Position numbers and translations under genes: made by a program. Of a stretch of DNA of 64,000 nucleotides, positions 57,736-64,000 are shown one piece after another. A model generated the notes under the pieces. That model ran no database searches. It saw only the letters and a list, made by a program, of their open reading frames with translations, and was not told where the DNA came from. Positions within the stretch are counted from its first letter, which is position 1; every line of letters begins with the position of its first letter. Source of the stretch: a virus (Duplodnaviria; Heunggongvirae; Uroviricota; Caudoviricetes); the IMG/VR virus record IMGVR_UViG_3300033273_000374, positions 128,001-192,000 of that record, one strand, 5' to 3'.

Positions 57736-58506
57736 TTACTTTTTAATTTCTTTTACTTTCCACATGCGACCATTGCCGTTGAATTCACCAATGATGTTGA
57801 TGCTACGGCGGCGCATGGTTGGAGCAATTCGAGGTGTCACACCATGCACACTGTCTTTTACATTTAGGAACATGCAAAAGTTGTTTGCTTCGTAAGGCAC
57901 TTCAAAATGTGGCACATGCAAATGGTCATCCACTTGACGTCCTAGACTTTTGTTTACTTGTGTAATCTCACCTGTTGCACGATGCACTGTAAAGTTGCCT
58001 CCTGGTGCAGTATCTCCAGGTTGTCGCATGTATAGCAACCCTGCATATATTTCAACAGGATTATCCACATGTGGTGTGCGAGTGGTGCCTGTTTGATCCA
58101 CAGGCTCATGCACCACAAACTGACAGTCTGCTACATACTGTCCACTGTTGTCTACATCACGTGGCGTTACACTACCTTGTAACAGGTTGTGTAAGAACTC
58201 ATCGCCATAGGTGCTACTGATGTTGGGTGCAAACAATTCAACACAGGCTTTGAAATATGCTGCACTGGTGTGATAAGCAAAGAAGTCTTGCCAAATTGCA
58301 GGAGGTGCTTGTTGCACACACTCTTTCATTTTGTAACGATAGGTAATGCCTCCATCGTGCGGTGTTGTGCTGGTAACAAGTTCCATAGGAAATGTTTCAC
58401 ACAATTCACGGTAACGGTTTTCAGGTAGTGCACCTTCAACACACACATACGGATAAGGATCAGTGTGAACTTGTTTTACATTTTGTATGCAACTCAAGTC
58501 TTCCAT
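57736..58506 (-). CDS. 2OG-Fe(II) oxygenase-like protein
   Basis: PYPY, H.D (PHVD), LLY, GG, HGV, R. Confidence 0.78.
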   Translation of the reverse strand: MEDLSCIQNVKQVHTDPYPYVCVEGALPENRYRELCETFPMELVTSTTPHDGGITYRYKMKECVQQAPPAIWQDFFAYHTSAAYFKACVELFAPNISSTYGDEFLHNLLQGSVTPRDVDNSGQYVADCQFVVHEPVDQTGTTRTPHVDNPVEIYAGLLYMRQPGDTAPGGNFTVHRATGEITQVNKSLGRQVDDHLHVPHFEVPYEANNFCMFLNVKDSVHGVTPRIAPTMRRRSINIIGEFNGNGRMWKVKEIKK

Positions 58507-59399
58507 TTTTTTATTCCTTCTGATTTTTGCTGTTGTGCTGCATCATATTCGTGTGGGTTTTTCAACTTTTCAGCACGTATTTGTGCTTTGGTAACATCTC
58601 TTACATCTTGCCACCATGCATTGTTTTGAAAGTGAACATTGCCACCTTGTATGTCGCCTTTCAAACTTTTGCCTACTTCTTTGCGGAATCCTTTGAGATG
58701 GTCCATATACTGTCCTAGCACACTGTTGATAAAGATATGTCCACTAGCACTAGGACTACCTAGGTCATTGAACTGTACACCCATGCTTTTAAAATCTTCT
58801 ACCAGTTCACCAAATATGAAACTGTCATGTGATTCTGCATGTTCAAAAATGTCATCACTTTCGTATATCCAACGCCACTGTTCCATAAACTGCTCAAACT
58901 GTGGATGGTTGCGATTGAACATCATCCAACCACATTCTGGCCATGTCTTGCGACCCAAGTATGTGGCAAGTTGATTTTCACTTGGAGCAATCTCATGCAA
59001 AAATTCTATGGGCATAGGAGTGTGTGTTCTTACATCTCCATCACACCACATGAACACATCTGTGCCGCATGTTTTTGCAAAGTGCCACAGTGCAAATGTT
59101 TTGTTTGCAAATCTACTAGCATCCCACAAAAAACTTTTTTTACTTTTGTCTTTGTTATAACCATGTGCGTGTGGATTGTCTTTGTGTCTGTGCTGCCATG
59201 CTTTGAGATCTGGCAGTGTTGAGGCTTGATCTAACACAGTGATGGTGTCTGCATTTGCAGTGTCTGGTTCATGATCCTCTGCATATATTGTAAGAGGAAC
59301 ACTTTTTGGCCAATTGTTTAGATACCCATTGATAAACTGTTGACCGTATTTCTTGTATCCTGTTTGGTGCCAGGAGGTAAATACTGATAATGTGCGCAT
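58494..59399 (-). CDS. GT-A glycosyltransferase
   Basis: RF..K, W.DGD, ECG, HDS..F, DH.KG.RK; TAAATA 5 nt before MRTLS. Confidence 0.75.
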   Translation of the reverse strand: MRTLSVFTSWHQTGYKKYGQQFINGYLNNWPKSVPLTIYAEDHEPDTANADTITVLDQASTLPDLKAWQHRHKDNPHAHGYNKDKSKKSFLWDASRFANKTFALWHFAKTCGTDVFMWCDGDVRTHTPMPIEFLHEIAPSENQLATYLGRKTWPECGWMMFNRNHPQFEQFMEQWRWIYESDDIFEHAESHDSFIFGELVEDFKSMGVQFNDLGSPSASGHIFINSVLGQYMDHLKGFRKEVGKSLKGDIQGGNVHFQNNAWWQDVRDVTKAQIRAEKLKNPHEYDAAQQQKSEGIKKWKT

Positions 59400-59412
59400 A
59401 TAATTATTTAGC

Positions 59413-60267
59413 ATGAATATAAGTCACTTCCCAAATAATTTGCCAGGCAACGCAGACATGGTGTATCCACAGGTGTTGGATGCCATGCGCAGCACTGATA
59501 CAGTTGTAGAAAATGATATGGATGCAGATGCTGCACTCATATGGAGTGTGTTATGGTTTGGACGTATGAGTGCTAACAAAAGAGTTTGGGATCATTATAG
59601 AGCACAAAACAAACCAGTGTTTGTTATAGAGGTTGGCGGTCTGCGTCGCAACAAAACTTGGAAGTTAGGCATCAACGGCATCAACAGAGATGCAGACTTT
59701 GCACTAGAAGATGATATGCCCGATGATCGCACACAAAAATTAGGTATAGAATTACAACCATGGAAGCAAGATGGCGAGTATGTGCTTGTGTGTGGACAGC
59801 ACGGACACAGTCAACAATGGGTCAACATGCCCGACATGGACACCTACTATCGCAATACCATTATTGAAATACGCAAACACACTGAAAAACCTATTGTAGT
59901 TCGTAGTCATCCTCGTTACAGAGAAGGATTACATTGGGCCTGTGATATGAATTGGTACAAAGAGCAAGAAGTCACATGGAATATACCAAAGCACATTCAG
60001 CAAACCTATGATAGTTTTGATCTAGAACACATGCTCAAACACACATACTTTACAGTGAGTCACAGTAGCAATGCTGGCATAAACAGTATAATACAAGGTG
60101 TGCCAAGTGTGGTCAGTGAAAGCAGTCTAGCATACGAAGTGGGATCTAACAGTGGCAGTTCATTGAACAGACCCAATAGACAAGCATGGTTAAATCGTTT
60201 GTGCTACACTGAATGGTACGCAGACGAAATAGATACACAATGGCATAGAATTAGAAATTGTGTATAG
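59413..60267 (+). CDS. KpsS/KpsC-like GT-B glycosyltransferase, paralog 3
   Basis: IE.G, Q...S, R.HP, S......I.GVP, R..WL..L...W...E. Confidence 0.6.
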   Translation: MNISHFPNNLPGNADMVYPQVLDAMRSTDTVVENDMDADAALIWSVLWFGRMSANKRVWDHYRAQNKPVFVIEVGGLRRNKTWKLGINGINRDADFALEDDMPDDRTQKLGIELQPWKQDGEYVLVCGQHGHSQQWVNMPDMDTYYRNTIIEIRKHTEKPIVVRSHPRYREGLHWACDMNWYKEQEVTWNIPKHIQQTYDSFDLEHMLKHTYFTVSHSSNAGINSIIQGVPSVVSESSLAYEVGSNSGSSLNRPNRQAWLNRLCYTEWYADEIDTQWHRIRNCV

Positions 60268-60369
60268 ACGTTTTACCGTCATAAATACCATAGAGCAAAT
60301 GTGCTCTGATTGAAAGGATAGGTTAAAAGCCTACAACCAATTGGTTAAACCAAAGGAAGAAATTCAAAA

Positions 60370-61308
60370 ATGTTAAATAAATCACTTGCAACTGCGGTTG
60401 CACTAGTCTGCATTGCTGGCGCGGCACATGCAGAAACAGTAGCTCCTGTTGACAGCCTAGAGGTATCCCCTTTCGGTCGAGCTCGCACATATGTAGAAGT
60501 TGACTCTAGAGATGGAGTTGATCCAATTGTTGATTCAGGTAGTTCACGCATTGGTCTTAAAGCTAAAGGTCAAAGCGGTGCTATTGGCATCTTTGGTGAA
60601 GTAAGTGCAAACTTAAACCTAAACGGTGGCAACAATGTAACAACACGCATGGGTTATGCTGGTGTCTCATTAGAAAAGTTAGGTAGTCTAAGCATAGGTA
60701 GACAGCAAGGTGTACAAGATAGTTTCACCGATAATGCAGACATCTTCACAGGTGCAGGCAACAATGCTGCACAACAAATGGGCTTCTACGCAAATCAAAG
60801 CATCAAATACACTAACGAAATTGGTGGCATAAGTGTTGCTGCTCTTGCAGGAATGGACGATGACGATTCAGGTAACGAAACAGTTGATCGTTACGAAGTA
60901 GGCGTTGGTGCTTTTGGCTTTGCTGTTTCTATGGGCCAGGACGAAGGTGCTGATACTTCATACTACGGTATTGGTTATGGAAACAAGTTTGGCAAGGTCA
61001 GTGTAGCAGCAAGTTACACAATTGCTGACGCCAACGACGGTGGAAGTTTTGAAGATATCGTAATGTTCAACAGTGACGAGACAACCGCTGTAACACGCGG
61101 CATTGAAGTTGCTGCAGGTTTTGATCTATCGGATAAACTTACAGTGCTTGGTGGTTACAACCTAACAGATGCTGATGGCGATGAAGGTGTTGCTGTTGGT
61201 GAGTTAAAATATGGACTTGGCAAGAAAGCATTTGCATTTGCCAATGTTGAATACGATCTTGATGCAAGTGAGTATGTAACTAGAACAGGTCTACAAATTA
61301 ACTTTTAA
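60370..61308 (+). CDS. Gram-negative outer-membrane porin
   Basis: Signal peptide (AHA), SRIGLK, R.GY.G, G.LSIGR, alternating beta strands, terminal Phe; TAAATA upstream. Confidence 0.85.
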   Translation: MLNKSLATAVALVCIAGAAHAETVAPVDSLEVSPFGRARTYVEVDSRDGVDPIVDSGSSRIGLKAKGQSGAIGIFGEVSANLNLNGGNNVTTRMGYAGVSLEKLGSLSIGRQQGVQDSFTDNADIFTGAGNNAAQQMGFYANQSIKYTNEIGGISVAALAGMDDDDSGNETVDRYEVGVGAFGFAVSMGQDEGADTSYYGIGYGNKFGKVSVAASYTIADANDGGSFEDIVMFNSDETTAVTRGIEVAAGFDLSDKLTVLGGYNLTDADGDEGVAVGELKYGLGKKAFAFANVEYDLDASEYVTRTGLQINF

Positions 61309-61328
61309 TAGGCTCTTAACTATACAAT

Positions 61329-61359
61329 GAAAAAAGCAGCGGAAACGCTGCTTTTTTTA
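61329..61359. terminator. Bidirectional Rho-independent terminator
   Basis: AAAAAAGCAGCG-GAAA-CGCTGCTTTTTT between convergent genes. Confidence 0.9.
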
Positions 61360-62112
61360 TGAGTGGTGTCTGTAATCAAACACTTCGCCATCTAACCATT
61401 TTGTTATAAGTCCGTTGTCTGTGAGATAACCTATGCGTGTTACAATTTCACTCATATTCTCACTGAGCAATCCAAGTTCATCCAACTGATACCAAGTGCT
61501 GGCATAGTCTACAGGGTCTTGATTTTTGTAACAAATTACTTCTATATAATCTTCAAACGCAGGCTTTTTGAAATATGCATCTGCACAATCAAATCCGTTG
61601 AGTGCTAACAAATATATCAACTGCGAAAGTGTAAAAGTAGAATATTGGTTTGCAAATGTATAGTTCTTAAACTTGTGATGCATAACATTAACAGTGCTGG
61701 GCACACAAAGATATAACATGCTGTTTACAGCCATTTGCTTGCTTATAGCACCTAACAGTTTAAGTGGACTGTGTGCATACTGTAATGTATCATGACACCA
61801 TACAACATCAAATTTGCGTTCACTAAAAGGCAATCTGTCTGTGGTGTTGAAGTCATGCTTGACCAGCATTATGTTTTTGTTGTTAGCAGGTTGTTTAGGT
61901 TTTGTATCTAGTCCAACACATTTGATGTTGAGTGGTTGTGGATTTTCTAAATCACCATCTGTAGCATTAGCCCACCAATCTAGATCTAATCCTTCGCCAC
62001 TGCCTACGTCCAACAAGTGCTTGATGCTGAGTTTAAAATCAGTAAAGCCATCTAGATACTGTAGTGTTTGCATGCTGTGTGCATGACTTTGATGTGCATC
62101 CTCAAACATCAT
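61357..62112 (-). CDS. Class I methyltransferase (type 11-like)
   Basis: LDVGSGEG, FDVVW.HD..QY..SP. Confidence 0.78.
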   Translation of the reverse strand: MMFEDAHQSHAHSMQTLQYLDGFTDFKLSIKHLLDVGSGEGLDLDWWANATDGDLENPQPLNIKCVGLDTKPKQPANNKNIMLVKHDFNTTDRLPFSERKFDVVWCHDTLQYAHSPLKLLGAISKQMAVNSMLYLCVPSTVNVMHHKFKNYTFANQYSTFTLSQLIYLLALNGFDCADAYFKKPAFEDYIEVICYKNQDPVDYASTWYQLDELGLLSENMSEIVTRIGYLTDNGLITKWLDGEVFDYRHHS

Positions 62113-62420
62113 GATTTGAGTATACCTATCATGCTATAACCTTTGGCAATCTCCATTGCAGCATCGCCATCCTTAATCAATTTTGGCAATAATTTTTTAT
62201 CATCATACTTGGGATTATTTTGTACCACAAGCATTATATCTATTGCTTGTTTATAATTCTTTTTAGCGTTAGCAAAGAATTGTTGACAATCTCTGTATCT
62301 ACGCCAACCTTCAGCAGTAGCGGCACCATTGCGTATGCCTTTGAGCATGGCAGTTTCTAGTTTGTTGCATTCAATCCAACGATTGTACACACTCATATAG
62401 TCAATATCAGACTTGGACAT
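62109..62420 (-). CDS. Hypothetical protein
   Basis: ORF in operon. Confidence 0.6.
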   Translation of the reverse strand: MSKSDIDYMSVYNRWIECNKLETAMLKGIRNGAATAEGWRRYRDCQQFFANAKKNYKQAIDIMLVVQNNPKYDDKKLLPKLIKDGDAAMEIAKGYSMIGILKS

Positions 62421-62865
62421 CTTCCATACCCGCTGTTCTCAGTCGTACAATGTGACCCATTTGCCACTGCTTGGTATCAAGGCCTTTCATTATGCCCAGC
62501 CAACGGTTGCGTAGCAGTGCTACTTCATTAATGATTGTTTCAAAGTCTACTACTTCGTCTTCACCATCCACATATTTTTCAGCATCACGTGATGTAAGTG
62601 CTCTTGGATAGTTTTCCAAATACTTTACAAAATGCTTGCGGCGTATCTTACGCAACTGTATGTTAAGGTGATTGAGTACTGCTTCTACTTCTTGCAATTG
62701 GTTAAAACGTATTTCTGTTACTGCAGGCAAGTGTTTGATGTTCTTCTCAACAATACCATGTATGCCAACTTCTTTGCGAGCTTCTTCTAACTCTGCTTCA
62801 AAGTGTGCTATAAAGTCAGGAATAAATGACATATCCTGTACTACTTTGCTATACCAATTTGCCAT
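62407..62865 (-). CDS. uvsY: UvsY-like recombination mediator
   Basis: Helical, L..RD.EKY.DG, K.W......LR.AG; near uvsX. Confidence 0.75.
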   Translation of the reverse strand: MANWYSKVVQDMSFIPDFIAHFEAELEEARKEVGIHGIVEKNIKHLPAVTEIRFNQLQEVEAVLNHLNIQLRKIRRKHFVKYLENYPRALTSRDAEKYVDGEDEVVDFETIINEVALLRNRWLGIMKGLDTKQWQMGHIVRLRTAGMEDVQV

Positions 62866-62871
62866 GTTTAT

Positions 62872-62900
62872 ATACTACAACAAGAAAGTAGAACTGTCAA
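62872..62900 (-). promoter_or_regulatory. Sigma70-type promoter, leaderless uvsY mRNA
   Basis: TTGACA-N17-TAGTAT-N6-ATG. Confidence 0.7.
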
Positions 62901-62904
62901 CTGT

Positions 62905-63126
62905 TTAGTCGCTCCAGTCAAAATCTTCATCATAATCATCTTCTAGTAGACCGTGATCTTCTATGGACTGTCTGAGATATTTGTCTTCTACTAGTTCTAG
63001 TAAATCTTGCTCGTCTACACCCAAGTCAATAAGGCTGTTGATGTAATGATCAGCAGCATGTTGTTTGTCTTTGATGTATTGAGAAAGAATTTGCCAAGAC
63101 TCGAGTATCAAGTCTTTTTCTTCCAT
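62905..63126 (-). CDS. Small acidic hypothetical protein
   Basis: W.....YI..K..AA; acidic tail. Confidence 0.65.
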   Translation of the reverse strand: MEEKDLILESWQILSQYIKDKQHAADHYINSLIDLGVDEQDLLELVEDKYLRQSIEDHGLLEDDYDEDFDWSD

Positions 63127-63128
63127 TA

Positions 63129-64000
63129 TTAATCTTCCCCGTTGTCTATGTCAACTGCAACACTTTCTTCATCAAGCTCTGCTGTTGGCTCGGTATTTAC
63201 CTTTCCCTCGGAGATATCTTTCATAATGACTTCAAGTTTTTCACCTGTCCAACCTTTGCGAAACTCTAGCATTTCTTCGCCAGCGGCTGTAACATACTTG
63301 AGACGGTTACCTTGTTTAACAAGTAGTTCTTGTTTTTCAAACAAGTCAATGAGTCCACTGTATGGATCCATACCAGTTTCATATGGAATCTTAACTTGCA
63401 CACCTTCAAAAGGTTTTGCATAACGTGTTTTCATTACCTTACATGCTGCACGAATACCTCGTACATCACTTACCTTGTTGCCTGCTTCGTCTTCTTTGAG
63501 TTTGAGTTTACGCATAGCAACCACAATACTACTTGCATAGATAAAGCCTTGTCCACCTGAGATCTTATCATCTGGATCAAACATGTCTTGTGATGCATAT
63601 GTATGGTTAGTACACACCATGCCAACGTTATAACTACCAATCATATTTACTGTGTTACGCACAAGAGCAGTTAGTGCTTTGGGCTTACGACCCAAGTCAC
63701 CTTTCATGTCACCCTTGTCAAATTGATCAACGTCTGTTGGTGTTAGCAACATGCCTAAACTGTCAATTACAAACAACACCTTTGGACGTTCTTCCTCGGC
63801 CATTGCTTTGTAATCTTTCATGAATGTTGAGATTGTTTTAGCAACATCATCAATCATGCTCATGCTAAGTTTTAGCAGTTTGCTTTCATCAGTGTCTACA
63901 CCCAGTGCTTGTAGCCAAGCCTCGTCAAGTGCATTCTCTGAGTCAATAAGAACTACAAAAATACCTTGTGCTTGTGCGGCTTTAACAATGTTACCACTTG
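63129..64000 (-). CDS. uvsX: UvsX/RecA-like recombinase (5'-truncated by window)
   Basis: IDSENALD, VIDSLG, NHTY, SGG.G..YASS, KTR. Confidence 0.92.
   Translation of the reverse strand, partial: SGNIVKAAQAQGIFVVLIDSENALDEAWLQALGVDTDESKLLKLSMSMIDDVAKTISTFMKDYKAMAEEERPKVLFVIDSLGMLLTPTDVDQFDKGDMKGDLGRKPKALTALVRNTVNMIGSYNVGMVCTNHTYASQDMFDPDDKISGGQGFIYASSIVVAMRKLKLKEDEAGNKVSDVRGIRAACKVMKTRYAKPFEGVQVKIPYETGMDPYSGLIDLFEKQELLVKQGNRLKYVTAAGEEMLEFRKGWTGEKLEVIMKDISEGKVNTEPTAELDEESVAVDIDNGED

Noticed and set aside
114-63560. Many antisense ORFs of 60-160 aa in the ORF track
   Set aside because: Shadows of well-supported opposite-strand genes; no SD or motifs
1-64000. CRISPR arrays, tRNAs, rRNA, IS elements, reverse transcriptases
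   Set aside because: No regularly spaced repeats, cloverleafs or relevant protein motifs seen by eye; tRNAscan and CRISPR finders were not run
1-64000. Alternative genetic code or stop-codon recoding
   Set aside because: Core genes are full-length in code 11 and all three stop codons are used

Overview
64 kb from a large T4-like (Tevenvirinae-style replisome, likely jumbo) myovirus genome, probably aquatic. An alphaproteobacterial host is suggested (inference) by TTGAC-N16/17-GCTA promoters, the porin, GcvH and small host-like proteins. Most genes are on the minus strand. Core content: PAAR, glutaredoxin, class Ia RNR (nrdA/nrdB), a block of probable virion/internal head proteins, gp41 helicase, gp61 primase, clamp-loader small subunit, UvsW, UvsY, partial UvsX. 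Accessory content is dominated by glycan-tailoring-type enzymes: a ~17 kb glycosyltransferase/methyltransferase/kinase island, six SGNH-like paralogs, three TEK-motif GT-like paralogs, two radical SAMs, APS kinase, an amidinotransferase and an ATE-like transferase. The most unusual signals are non-coding. (1) Two tandem hairpin RNAs with long anti-Shine-Dalgarno C/U loops (41.5-41.7 kb). (2) A late-promoter-driven multi-hairpin RNA leading five micro-ORFs (29.8-30.6 kb). (3) A PHP-less DnaE whose RBS is sequestered by a 13-bp inverted repeat spanning a late promoter; its leader shares an AGGCA-repeat element with a holin-like gene, and a second, split DnaE half lies elsewhere. (4) Pervasive leaderless genes and sequence-variable palindromes inside sigma70 promoter spacers. 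All calls are from motif reading only; no searches were run.
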